A DNA stretch of 64,000 nt, taken from IMG/VR virus record IMGVR_UViG_3300046615_000261, positions 64,001 through 128,000 of that record. One strand, given 5' to 3'. This document shows, piece by piece, positions 1 through 8,532 of this stretch. The translations under genes were made by a program, and so were the position numbers. Each line of letters begins with the position of its first letter. Positions within the stretch are counted from its first letter, which is position 1. The DNA comes from a virus. Its lineage: Duplodnaviria > Caudoviricetes. The notes under the pieces were generated by a model. That model ran no database searches. It was not told where the DNA came from and saw nothing but the letters and a program-made list of their open reading frames with translations.

Positions 1-80
1 GCATCATCGTCGTACGGAACATCGGTGATCTTGTGCACATCGTGACCAAACTTCGCTTCGAACAGTTCAATTAGCTTCAC
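1..80 (-). CDS. Partial protein with capsid-targeting-like N-terminus, runs off the window edge
   Basis: GTG at 80 overlaps the upstream stop (GTGA); reads MKLIELFEAKFGHDVHKITDVPYDDD. Confidence 0.6.
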   Translation of the reverse strand, partial: MKLIELFEAKFGHDVHKITDVPYDDD

Positions 81-604
81 AGATCTTTCCTAACCATGTA
101 CAGAAGTTCGTCCTTCTGATCGTGCTCTTGGCGGCTCTTCATCAATGAAGCGACCTCTGGTGATTTCTTCGCCAGATGCACGCCATCCTCGTACTCACTG
201 GTGCGAGAGAACTTCTTGATCAGCGATTTGTAGAATGATGTTCGGCTGCTTTCAGTCTTACGTGAGCTGAACGAGATAACAGCTGGACGTTCCTTGGCAG
301 CGAACTCCTCCATGACCTTGATGACTGTCGAGAAGATCTTCAGCGCGTCGCCACCGTTCGTGATTGCGTACGCTGTTTCACCCGTCTCTTTGTCGACCCG
401 AGAGAACATCACCTCAGCCACAGAGAACGAGTCGTCGCTCATGTAATCTTGTTCGTCTTCGTCCTCGAGCTTAACGTACGTCATCGCGAACTCTACGTGA
501 ATCTGGTCACCATCCTCGATCGTGAATCTGGTTTCAGCGCCTTGGCTTCCCCAATAATCAAGCTCGAACTCGTAGCATGAGTTCAGGAGTTCATTCAGCT
601 TCAT
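77..604 (-). CDS. Putative internal head protein, GNAT-like (DUF6934-like) paralog family
   Basis: Start re-assigned to MKLNELL at 604; family motif NGGDALKIFSTV...ISFSSRKTESSRTSFY. Confidence 0.7.
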   Translation of the reverse strand: MKLNELLNSCYEFELDYWGSQGAETRFTIEDGDQIHVEFAMTYVKLEDEDEQDYMSDDSFSVAEVMFSRVDKETGETAYAITNGGDALKIFSTVIKVMEEFAAKERPAVISFSSRKTESSRTSFYKSLIKKFSRTSEYEDGVHLAKKSPEVASLMKSRQEHDQKDELLYMVRKDL

Positions 605-1076
605 TTGAGTCCTTCTTCGTGTACGTGAAGTACGAGTACTCACCATCACTGCTCATGTTCACGGACAACGCGTAATCTTTGAACAGCCGTGTACCAAGCT
701 TCTTGTACAAGTCGGCACGATTATCTTTGCTTCCTTCTTTTTCTGCACCGAAGCGGATCATGTCTGGATTGAACTTCGCGAGAGTTTTCTTGATCATAGA
801 CGAGATGAACGAAAGAACCTGCATTTCACCACCGTTTCCGGTCTTGTCATACACACGACGCGGGTAAATCTCGCCATCAGCTCGCGTTGACATCCTCAGT
901 TCACTGAACTCAATGTACACGTACGGATGGCCACCGCTTTCTTCACCAGCGCTATGGACAGCTGCAGAGAACAGGATCTCTCGATTCTCGATCACGGCCT
1001 TCACCATGAATGTTTTATCGGTGTCGCGTTCAATCGTGTACTTGATCTCACGGTCCATCAATTCTTGAAGCTTCAT
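591..1076 (-). CDS. Putative internal head protein, same paralog family
   Basis: MKLQELMD start coupled (TGATG) to baseplate wedge stop; TGNGGEMQVLSF...RFGAEK..RADLYKK motif. Confidence 0.7.
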   Translation of the reverse strand: MKLQELMDREIKYTIERDTDKTFMVKAVIENREILFSAAVHSAGEESGGHPYVYIEFSELRMSTRADGEIYPRRVYDKTGNGGEMQVLSFISSMIKKTLAKFNPDMIRFGAEKEGSKDNRADLYKKLGTRLFKDYALSVNMSSDGEYSYFTYTKKDSNEAE

Positions 1077-4000
1077 CAGCGCACCTGACGGATGATCGTT
1101 GGGGTCAGAGCTTCGACGATTTCGATGTCAGTCAACTGAGCAGCTGATTGCAGGATTTCATCGAAGCCGCACTCGACCGTGAACATGTCACCGAACGAGT
1201 TCGTGCTGTACAACGGAACGAGAACAACCGAAGCGATCTCAGATGGCAGACGCTGGTGCATCAGAGCGATCAGCTCAGTCACATAGAACGTTTCACCGAA
1301 ATCCCAGTTCGAGATGTCGAAGTACGTGTTCATCGTGTTCAGCAGCTCTTCCTTGATGCGCTCGTTCGTGAGTGTCGCACCTGGAGCACGGACAACCTTG
1401 AACTTCGCGCGGAACTGAGGCTCAGCCAAAGAACCGAACAGCAGACGGAGCTTGCCAGGGTGGAGCACGATCGTGTCAGAGAGCATCTTGTTCTTCAACA
1501 GGTACCCATATGCCGAGCGCAGATCCAGTGGAGTTGGAGCAACTGGAGCTGAAGTCGTCAGACCACGGAGGAAGCTGATCACCGAGTCGTAGTAGCCCTG
1601 TGTCAGGACGTACGCATCATGAATGTTCGTGACCGAAGGATCGATGATGTTCGTGCTTGGTGCAAAGTGCTGCCACATGAAGTCCAGACCGGAGTCAGCT
1701 TGAGCTGCTTCGATCGAAGGCATGCGTTGACGACGGCCGAAGACCATGTCAACATCAACGAACGCCCCAGGCAGGTACGTTGCGTTCTTCGCGTCAGCGT
1801 ACTTCAGCGCATCATCGATTGGATCGAGGAGCGCTGTAGGAATTGCGAGCTCGAAGTACTCGTACGAGTCGTTCGAGAACGTTTCGTACTGGAGCAGACG
1901 GTCAGGAACCAAGTCACCAGACGAGTCTTCTTGAAGCAAATCAGTTGGAACAACTTGAAGCTTGTGGAAGTCAATAAGGCCTTCACCGCTCTTCACAGCG
2001 CCAACAACGTCGTACACTTGGCTCTTGCCGAGTGGAGCACCAGTGCTGTCCAGATTTGAGCGCAAGATCTTGATGTTATCAAATACGCGCTTCTTCGTGT
2101 CTTGGTCAAGGATCTGATCGACCTCATTGAACCAGAACTTCGTGGAAGGCGATTGGATCGTGAGCTTCAGATCGCGGTGATGGACTTCGTAGCCGATCAC
2201 GTTGTTCGTTGGTTGTTGACGAATCTTACGAACGAACACGAGCCAGCTGTGTTGCTTCATGGCAACGCTGTCGTCCATCGTGAACAGCAGTTCGTCACCG
2301 TTGATAACTTGACCGCCAGAGTAATGTGGAAGCTGCGAGTAGCCGAGGATTTCCCACCAACCGTTCAGATTGATCGCACCTGGAGTAGACGACACACCAT
2401 TGTTCCGGTAAGCGCCGCCATGCGAGGATGTCGAGCGTCCAACTGGCGCGCCAGAGACACCAGTGTCGAGAACGAATGCGTCACCTGGTTCGAACAGAAT
2501 CGAGCTCTGCGTAATCAGGAAGAACGGCACTGGAGTCTGATAACCAGTTGGAGTGATGTCGTACGTCGTACCGACCGAGCCCGTTGGGAACGTGCCGCGC
2601 AGATTCGAACGAACATTCAGCGTCTGACCGTCAGCAGCAACTTCAATCGTCCAGACTTCACCTTGCACAGCGCCCTGTGGGCGGTTCAAGATCGTGATTG
2701 TACCCGAACCGATACCCGTCACATAACGATTGTACCGAAGCGCGAAGTAATCCTGCTCAGCGATTGGCTGCAGACCGGAACCGATGTCGCCTGGTGGGAA
2801 CTTGTTCACGCCGTCGATCGTGCGTGGCACAGCCGCAGCGTAGATACGCGAGTCGTCCTTCGGGAACAGATCTGGATCAGGGATGCGAGCGTAAATCTGC
2901 GAGTTCTGACCTTCAACGTACTCGAGTGGTTCACCGTACCAGTGACGGTCAATCAGACCCTGCATCGCTGTCTTTTCTTTCAGCGAGCCGTCAGCAGTGG
3001 AACCATCAAGAAGCTTCACATAGCCGCCAGTAGGCGCCTTGTAAAGACCAGCACGATTGTCCTCAATGAACGAGCGACGTGGCGAGGACACAACACCTTG
3101 CGTTGCAGGATCCGTAGCCGAGATGTGCAGCATTGCGTTGATCACGCCATTCGACTCGAGCAGAGGCTCGATCACGGAGTCAATCAGCGCTTGGCCAGAC
3201 AGGGACGTCGTCAAAGAGTTCAGACCCAGTTCGTACCGCATCACGAGGTCATCACCGAAGATGTTCACGTTCTCGTACGAGCCGGAAGCGTCGTTCCAGT
3301 CGATGTACTTTGGCTGACCAGCGAACGTGCGATTAACCGCCTTCAGGCGAAGGATCGAAGGATCCTTGAGCATGAATGTGTTCGCATCTTGACCGTTCAC
3401 AATACGGTTCTGAGCGTAGTACGTGCTTGGAGCGGACTGACGAACGTGCTCGATCGATTCCGATGCAGCACCGTTCTGGAGAGTGGTTGTCAGGCTGAAC
3501 GTGACCGAGCAGGACTGGGTGTTCCCAGTGTTCGACACGTACGTGAACGTCATTGGCTCGTTCACGATCTTGTTCTTCTGGATCACGATCGCGCGGTTAG
3601 CGGACGAGCGCATCCAGAAGCGGAACAGACCTTGCGGAGCGTTCACGAAGTCGCCGTCGCCGAACACGATCGCAATTTGATCGTTCTCCATCGTGTCGAC
3701 TTCGTACTTCGAGCGTGTAGAACGATCATCGTTGAAGATCAGGTTCTGCTCGTTCACGGTCGAAACTTGCTTCCAGCGTTCCGAGATGTTCTGCTGTTCG
3801 TCGAGCTTCTGAACCCAGACGTCAGTGTGATTCACGTTGTTCGGCAGGAACTCAACGCGACGATTTGGGAGCTTGTCGGCCAGGGTGTAGTCAATGCGAG
3901 CAAGCATACCCTGCTTCACGTACATCAGGAAGCCGGTGTAGTCAGAGCCGTCGCCAATACCGTCGTTCGCGTACAGCAGCGACAGAGGAGCGGACATGTC

Positions 4001-4675
4001 TGGCTCGCGTTCCAGTGGACCATTCTCATCGACGTCAGCAGGAACAACTTCCATTGGGTAGCTGTCAAGGCCGGTCGAAGCGGTGAATGCGTGCACACCG
4101 TTCGTGAACGACGAGGACTCAGCGTTCAGCGCGTACAGATCCATTACAACGTCACCGACTTGGTACGTCTTCTGTGGTTGGCCGAAACGAGTGCTCAGGA
4201 CGCGATTCGCGACGAGGAAGAATTGTTCCTTCCAGTTCGCGTTGTTCGGGTCATTCCAAACGATTGTCAGACCGGACAGGTCAACACCGCGGGAGTCGAT
4301 CACTCGTTCCGAAGTCTTGATCGAGGTCATCTTCACGAGGCCACGGACTGGGATGTTCCGAGTTGCCTTGTACGAAATGAGCTTCGCGAGACGCAGGATC
4401 GATTGCTTACGCTGCGCGGTCGTGATGAAGTTCTCATGGCTGACCATGTCGACACGGTACGCGAGCTGTTCAGCAACGTACGCGAACATCTCGAGCATGG
4501 CGATCAGTTCAGAGGACTGGATCAGGTCATTGAATACTTCTGCGTAATAGATCCGCAGATAGTCAACGAGCGATTGCTTGATCGTGTTCGCGTCGAACGA
4601 GGTGAAGTTCACCTGTGCGAAAGCTTCGTAGATCTTTTCCCAGCTCTCGGCTGAGTTTGTATTGCGAAATGCCAT
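1076..4675 (-). CDS. Baseplate wedge protein, T4 gp6-like, enlarged
   Basis: N-terminal DFTSFD..IK..L.DY / LEMFAY...RVD / ITTAQRKQSILRLAKLISY pattern and YYAQNRIVNGQD, typical of gp6/baseplate J; late promoter upstream. Confidence 0.85.
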   Translation of the reverse strand: MAFRNTNSAESWEKIYEAFAQVNFTSFDANTIKQSLVDYLRIYYAEVFNDLIQSSELIAMLEMFAYVAEQLAYRVDMVSHENFITTAQRKQSILRLAKLISYKATRNIPVRGLVKMTSIKTSERVIDSRGVDLSGLTIVWNDPNNANWKEQFFLVANRVLSTRFGQPQKTYQVGDVVMDLYALNAESSSFTNGVHAFTASTGLDSYPMEVVPADVDENGPLEREPDMSAPLSLLYANDGIGDGSDYTGFLMYVKQGMLARIDYTLADKLPNRRVEFLPNNVNHTDVWVQKLDEQQNISERWKQVSTVNEQNLIFNDDRSTRSKYEVDTMENDQIAIVFGDGDFVNAPQGLFRFWMRSSANRAIVIQKNKIVNEPMTFTYVSNTGNTQSCSVTFSLTTTLQNGAASESIEHVRQSAPSTYYAQNRIVNGQDANTFMLKDPSILRLKAVNRTFAGQPKYIDWNDASGSYENVNIFGDDLVMRYELGLNSLTTSLSGQALIDSVIEPLLESNGVINAMLHISATDPATQGVVSSPRRSFIEDNRAGLYKAPTGGYVKLLDGSTADGSLKEKTAMQGLIDRHWYGEPLEYVEGQNSQIYARIPDPDLFPKDDSRIYAAAVPRTIDGVNKFPPGDIGSGLQPIAEQDYFALRYNRYVTGIGSGTITILNRPQGAVQGEVWTIEVAADGQTLNVRSNLRGTFPTGSVGTTYDITPTGYQTPVPFFLITQSSILFEPGDAFVLDTGVSGAPVGRSTSSHGGAYRNNGVSSTPGAINLNGWWEILGYSQLPHYSGGQVINGDELLFTMDDSVAMKQHSWLVFVRKIRQQPTNNVIGYEVHHRDLKLTIQSPSTKFWFNEVDQILDQDTKKRVFDNIKILRSNLDSTGAPLGKSQVYDVVGAVKSGEGLIDFHKLQVVPTDLLQEDSSGDLVPDRLLQYETFSNDSYEYFELAIPTALLDPIDDALKYADAKNATYLPGAFVDVDMVFGRRQRMPSIEAAQADSGLDFMWQHFAPSTNIIDPSVTNIHDAYVLTQGYYDSVISFLRGLTTSAPVAPTPLDLRSAYGYLLKNKMLSDTIVLHPGKLRLLFGSLAEPQFRAKFKVVRAPGATLTNERIKEELLNTMNTYFDISNWDFGETFYVTELIALMHQRLPSEIASVVLVPLYSTNSFGDMFTVECGFDEILQSAAQLTDIEIVEALTPTIIRQVR

Positions 4676-4699
4676 GGTTTGTCCGGAACTGAAGTAAGC

Positions 4700-4705
4700 T
4701 ATTTA
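4700..4705 (-). promoter_or_regulatory. Late promoter TAAATA, gp55-dependent; representative of 17 copies
   Basis: TAAATA at 4700(-), 13100(-), 18164, 20688, 24235, 27183, 27200(-), 31824, 33317, 33576, 35935, 41136, 48167, 55685, 57668, 58631, 60292, each just upstream of a virion or late gene; resembles T4 late TATAAATA. Confidence 0.85.
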
Positions 4706-4760
4706 CGTTCTGCTCGGAATGGGTGAATGTAACAGTTTTCCTGGTTCGCGCAGGATGCTG

Positions 4761-4766
4761 TATAAT
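4761..4766 (+). promoter_or_regulatory. Sigma70-type -10 box (early), probably leaderless transcript
   Basis: TATAAT followed by ATG at 4772 with no SD; similar boxes at 22425, 36547, 37476, 38803, 40630, 46250, 46813. Confidence 0.6.
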
Positions 4767-4771
4767 TCACC

Positions 4772-4972
4772 ATGCACGCAAAACCTGATCTTGACGACTT
4801 CGTTTGGTACGGCCAGCTCGCCCACTGCGCCGGGATCAAGAACACCGAAGCAGACTACTCGGAAGAACGCGCGTCTGTTCACCGTGGGCAAACGGTCCAG
4901 ATGAACGCGCAGTTCGTGGAAGGCGTTATCGCCGACCCCCGGATGGATCTGGACCTGATTAAGGACTTCTGA
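4772..4972 (+). CDS. Small hypothetical early protein
   Basis: 66-aa ORF directly after TATAAT. Confidence 0.55.
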   Translation: MHAKPDLDDFVWYGQLAHCAGIKNTEADYSEERASVHRGQTVQMNAQFVEGVIADPRMDLDLIKDF

Positions 4973-4974
4973 TC

Positions 4975-5217
4975 ATGAGCCGCTTCTTCCTGTTTAAGAT
5001 GAAGGACCTGGAAATCCCGCCGTTCTTCACGGTAGTGACCACCTCTGGTTGCCTGGAACCGCCGCCGATCGACGCGGATGGCGAGGTCGTTCAGGTCGAG
5101 TGCGACGAGAACTCCCTCGCGTTCTGGCTGCTCGGCATCGGCAAAGTCTGGATGTCCGAGAACCCGGAAGAAGGCTGGTACGCGGTCGAGCTCACCCCAA
5201 CCCCCATGGCGAACTAA
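4975..5217 (+). CDS. Small hypothetical protein, tandem paralog A
   Basis: MSRFFLFKMKDLEIPPFFTV, paralogous to 5226..5453. Confidence 0.7.
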   Translation: MSRFFLFKMKDLEIPPFFTVVTTSGCLEPPPIDADGEVVQVECDENSLAFWLLGIGKVWMSENPEEGWYAVELTPTPMAN

Positions 5218-5225
5218 GGATACCT

Positions 5226-5453
5226 ATGAGCCGCTTCTTCCTGTTCAAGACGAAGGACCTGGAGATCCCGCCGTTCTTCACGGTGCTCGATGGTACGCTC
5301 GATCTGGAACCGCCGATCGCCGCGAAGGGCGATATCGTTCACATCGAGTGTGACGAGAGCGCCCTTACGTTCTGGCTGCGCGGTATGCTCTGTAAAGGCA
5401 TCTGGATGGCCGAGAACACTGAAGATGGTTGGTACATCGAGTTGCCAAACTAG
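5226..5453 (+). CDS. Small hypothetical protein, tandem paralog B
   Basis: SD AAGGA then ATG 5226; MSRFFLFKTKDLEIPPFFTV. Confidence 0.7.
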   Translation: MSRFFLFKTKDLEIPPFFTVLDGTLDLEPPIAAKGDIVHIECDESALTFWLRGMLCKGIWMAENTEDGWYIELPN

Positions 5454-6154
5454 ACCAGTCCGAGCTCGCGCTTGAAGCGGAACTGCACGATCGCCCAGTA
5501 GTTCTGCAGGTCTTTGCTGACCTCGCCCTTGACCTTTTCCCATGCAGCTTCTGCATCGGCAAGGGTCTTCCCGGCTTTCTGAGCCGTGTTCGCGAGCATC
5601 TTCTTGTGCGGTGAAAGATCGCTCCGGAACTTGGCATCCTTCTGGACTGGGTAATCCTGCTCGCCGCTGATGTACGGATCCGAGCGCTTCATTGCGCCTT
5701 CGTCCACGGTCACGCGTCGATTCAGCTCGAACAGGATGTACTTCTCGGCACGACCCAGGCCTGTTTCGAACTCACGAACGAGGTATGCATCGGCGAATCG
5801 CTTGACCATTCGTCTGTACAACTTCACGCGCGACTCTTCGGACTTCTTAGCCGAGAATTCCATTCGCTTCGGATTGTGTTCCTTGATCAGTGAACGGAAG
5901 CAATTCAGAACGAACTGGAAAACCTCGACTTCATTGCCGCTTCCAGTAAGATCGGTCTTTACTTTCTGCTCACCATCGGCCCAGACATCATCAGTCAATT
6001 CAGAGAATAGAACTTCCCAAGTGATTCTGTCTTGGTGCGCGACAAATCGAATGACGCGATCGCCGATCTTCTTTTCAATCTCAAACATTCCATGATTGCG
6101 GTCACGAACGGTACCACCGTGATCAGCAGCTTTAAAAAGTTCATTCAGCTTCAT
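5450..6154 (-). CDS. Putative internal head protein, GNAT-like family plus extra C-terminal domain
   Basis: Start re-assigned to MKLNELF at 6154 (SD AAGGA, ATGA overlap); LTGSGNEVEVF...FSAKKSEESRVKLY. Confidence 0.75.
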   Translation of the reverse strand: MKLNELFKAADHGGTVRDRNHGMFEIEKKIGDRVIRFVAHQDRITWEVLFSELTDDVWADGEQKVKTDLTGSGNEVEVFQFVLNCFRSLIKEHNPKRMEFSAKKSEESRVKLYRRMVKRFADAYLVREFETGLGRAEKYILFELNRRVTVDEGAMKRSDPYISGEQDYPVQKDAKFRSDLSPHKKMLANTAQKAGKTLADAEAAWEKVKGEVSKDLQNYWAIVQFRFKRELGLV

Positions 6155-6632
6155 TTGTCTTTCCTTGTCAGGAGGAATACCGTGGATTCGTACCCAACGC
6201 GGCCTTGCCATGCCTTTTCGACTTCCTGAGTGTCGAAATCATTTGCGAATCGCTTGATCATCCGTTTGTAAAGCTGAACACGTGATTGCTCGGTTTTAAA
6301 CGCACTAAATTCCATGGCCTTTGGATTGAACTTTTGAATGAACTCTCGCATGCACGCCATCACGAACGACATCACTTCAATTTCATTTCCACTACCAGTC
6401 AAGCCGTGATTTGATTTCTCGCCAGACTCGGTTTGCTCAGAGTCTTCGCTGAACGAGATCACGTATCTCACACCCAAATCTTTTTCAACGGTGAACGTGA
6501 TTTCACGGCCGCCAATCTGCTTCGTGACTTCAAAGACAGGGTCATATCCGTTCTTACGATCTACGGCAACTTTACCGCCGTGATCTTCTTTATCAAACAG
6601 CTCATTCAGCTTCATTTGTCTTTCCTTGTCAG
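6141..6632. repeat. 31-nt perfect direct repeat at two gene junctions (6141..6171, 6602..6632)
   Basis: tcattcagcttcatttgtctttccttgtcag occurs twice; its first 17 nt also occur at 591..607. Confidence 0.9.
6151..6615 (-). CDS. Putative internal head protein, GNAT-like family
   Basis: MKLNELF; LTGSGNEIEVMSFV...FSAFKTEQSRVQLY; ends LTRKDK. Confidence 0.75.
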   Translation of the reverse strand: MKLNELFDKEDHGGKVAVDRKNGYDPVFEVTKQIGGREITFTVEKDLGVRYVISFSEDSEQTESGEKSNHGLTGSGNEIEVMSFVMACMREFIQKFNPKAMEFSAFKTEQSRVQLYKRMIKRFANDFDTQEVEKAWQGRVGYESTVFLLTRKDK

Positions 6633-7028
6633 CGCGAACAGGTCAAGGCCATGTTCACCATCATCTGGAGACAATTCGTAGTCGCCACCGAATCGCTTCA
6701 CCAAATGGTGGTACACCGTTGATCGCGACTTGTCGCTGAATTCCGACCCAAAGACAATTCGCTCTGGGTTTCGCCGCTTAATGAAGTCGCGCATGCACGC
6801 CACCACGAATGACATCACCTGGATTTCATTCCCGCTACCTGTCATATCGACAGATACCTTATCACCACGCCATTCAGCGAATGAAACTTCCCAATCGTCT
6901 CTGTCGCTACGGTCTGCAGAGAAGGAAATCAGTCGATCACCAATCATCTTCTTCACGTTGAAGTGGTGCTCTGAGTTCTCAACTTCGGCGCCGTGATCAG
7001 CAGATCCAAAAAGCTCATTCAGTTTCAT
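6612..7028 (-). CDS. Putative internal head protein, GNAT-like family
   Basis: MKLNELF; MTGSGNEIQVMSFV; ends LTRKDK. Confidence 0.75.
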   Translation of the reverse strand: MKLNELFGSADHGAEVENSEHHFNVKKMIGDRLISFSADRSDRDDWEVSFAEWRGDKVSVDMTGSGNEIQVMSFVVACMRDFIKRRNPERIVFGSEFSDKSRSTVYHHLVKRFGGDYELSPDDGEHGLDLFALTRKDK

Positions 7029-7030
7029 GA

Positions 7031-7414
7031 TCAGCCTACGTTGAATTCTAGACGGAGGGTTTCTTTCACATCGAGCTCGACGAACAACAGATCCACGAAC
7101 GCAGCGATTGCATTCAGATCTGGCAGCGCGTTGATCGACATGTCAATCAGACGGACGCGTGGATCATAATCAATGACCTTCGTGAGGTCTTCACGGACGA
7201 TGTCAAGTGTCTTCTGATCGAGCGGTTCGAATGCAAGCAAAGGAATGCGCGTGCCGAAGTTTGGCTGATGCACGCGCTCGCCTGGAATCGTGTACAAGTG
7301 GTTCCACAGATCCTGCTTTACGAGATCCACGCCAGTCAGGCTGAAGCCACGCTTCTTGTTCGACAGGTACGAAGCGGTGCTGAACCCTCGGTACAGTGGT
7401 AGTTTGCTAGCCAT
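7031..7414 (-). CDS. gp25: Baseplate wedge subunit gp25-like
   Basis: VKQDLWNHLYTIPGERVHQPNFGTRIPLLAFEP...DYDPRV is the GPW/gp25 signature. Confidence 0.9.
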   Translation of the reverse strand: MASKLPLYRGFSTASYLSNKKRGFSLTGVDLVKQDLWNHLYTIPGERVHQPNFGTRIPLLAFEPLDQKTLDIVREDLTKVIDYDPRVRLIDMSINALPDLNAIAAFVDLLFVELDVKETLRLEFNVG

Positions 7415-8532
7415 CAAGCTTTCCAGTTCTTATTCCGCTTGCCCTTCGTGCCAGGGCGAGTCCAAGGTTCATGATTCGGTACAACTGTCGGAGCCGTTGG
7501 ACATTCAGCTGCTGCAGCACCAGGGCCGTTCAAGTGAATGTTCGAAGCAGTCTGAAGCAGATCACCTGAAGCAAGGATGTTGAACGCTGCACCGGAGTCC
7601 AGATTGATCCCTTTACCCGAGATGTTCGTTGCACCACAAGCCGCAAGAAGCATCGCTCCGCCAGCCTGGATATTTACAGCACCACCAACACCGACGTTGA
7701 AGTTCCCTGTTGCGGTGAAGTTGAAGTCTCCACCAGTGCTCATGCTGACCGAGTCGGCCGCGTACATGTGGATCCGACCGTCTTGGTCCATTTCGAAGTA
7801 CGACTTCCCGCGAGCTGTGGAAACGTAGATCCGTTCGTTCGCGTCGTCCAGAATGATCTGATGGCCGGCCGAAGTCTTCACTCGAACTCGGCCTGTCTCC
7901 GGATTGTCCTGGAAGATCAACGAGTGACGCCCAGGTGTTGTCAGAACGTAAGTCTGAGGATCATATTGAGCCGCGCCTTCTTTGTCACTCGGCGTCACCA
8001 GGTCCTTTTGGTACCCTTCAGTTCCATCCTTGTCGGTCTTGTCCTGAGCGACAGCACGTTCGTACACGCCACGGGTCTTGGCTTCGCTGGCATCGAGCTT
8101 ACCGTCGAACTGCGCAGCAAGATTCGATGACTGTGGCTCGACCGGCTCGAACGTGTCCGAGAGCGGCATCTTGTTGATGTCGGCTCGATTGCGGCCCTGC
8201 GGCAGGGAACGATTCCCGTGATCACGGAAGTACGAACCCATGTACATCCGACGATTCGGGTCATTGTACAGGAAGCCGACGATCGCTTGAGCACCAGTCT
8301 TTGGCACAGCCCAGAAACCGTACGACATGAGGCCGGACGTTGTCGTACCTCCAGGCCCTGCTGGATAATCACGAGTCTGACCTGCCATTGGAGAGACGTA
8401 CGTCGCCCACGGCAGATCATCAATGTTGTACATGTCGCCGTCAACTGCTGGAACCCAGATCTTGACACGCCCCATTTGCTGAGGATCGTTCGTGTCAACG
8501 ACGACACCTTCCATGAGCGATGAGAGAATCAT
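7414..8532 (-). CDS. Baseplate hub/central spike, gp5/VgrG-like (OB-fold plus beta-helix, no lysozyme domain seen)
   Basis: GVVVDTNDPQQMGRVKIWVP...LPWA OB-fold motif; TPGRHSLIFQD and beta-helix repeats. Confidence 0.8.
   Translation of the reverse strand: MILSSLMEGVVVDTNDPQQMGRVKIWVPAVDGDMYNIDDLPWATYVSPMAGQTRDYPAGPGGTTTSGLMSYGFWAVPKTGAQAIVGFLYNDPNRRMYMGSYFRDHGNRSLPQGRNRADINKMPLSDTFEPVEPQSSNLAAQFDGKLDASEAKTRGVYERAVAQDKTDKDGTEGYQKDLVTPSDKEGAAQYDPQTYVLTTPGRHSLIFQDNPETGRVRVKTSAGHQIILDDANERIYVSTARGKSYFEMDQDGRIHMYAADSVSMSTGGDFNFTATGNFNVGVGGAVNIQAGGAMLLAACGATNISGKGINLDSGAAFNILASGDLLQTASNIHLNGPGAAAAECPTAPTVVPNHEPWTRPGTKGKRNKNWKA

Noticed and set aside
2102-4654. 850-aa + strand ORF, and similar long ORFs such as 55727..57040, 31838..32992, 34549..35514, 58644..59660 and 39144..40076
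   Set aside because: They lie antisense to well-supported genes, lack SD or promoter context and recognisable motifs, and are best explained as shadow ORFs of biased codon usage
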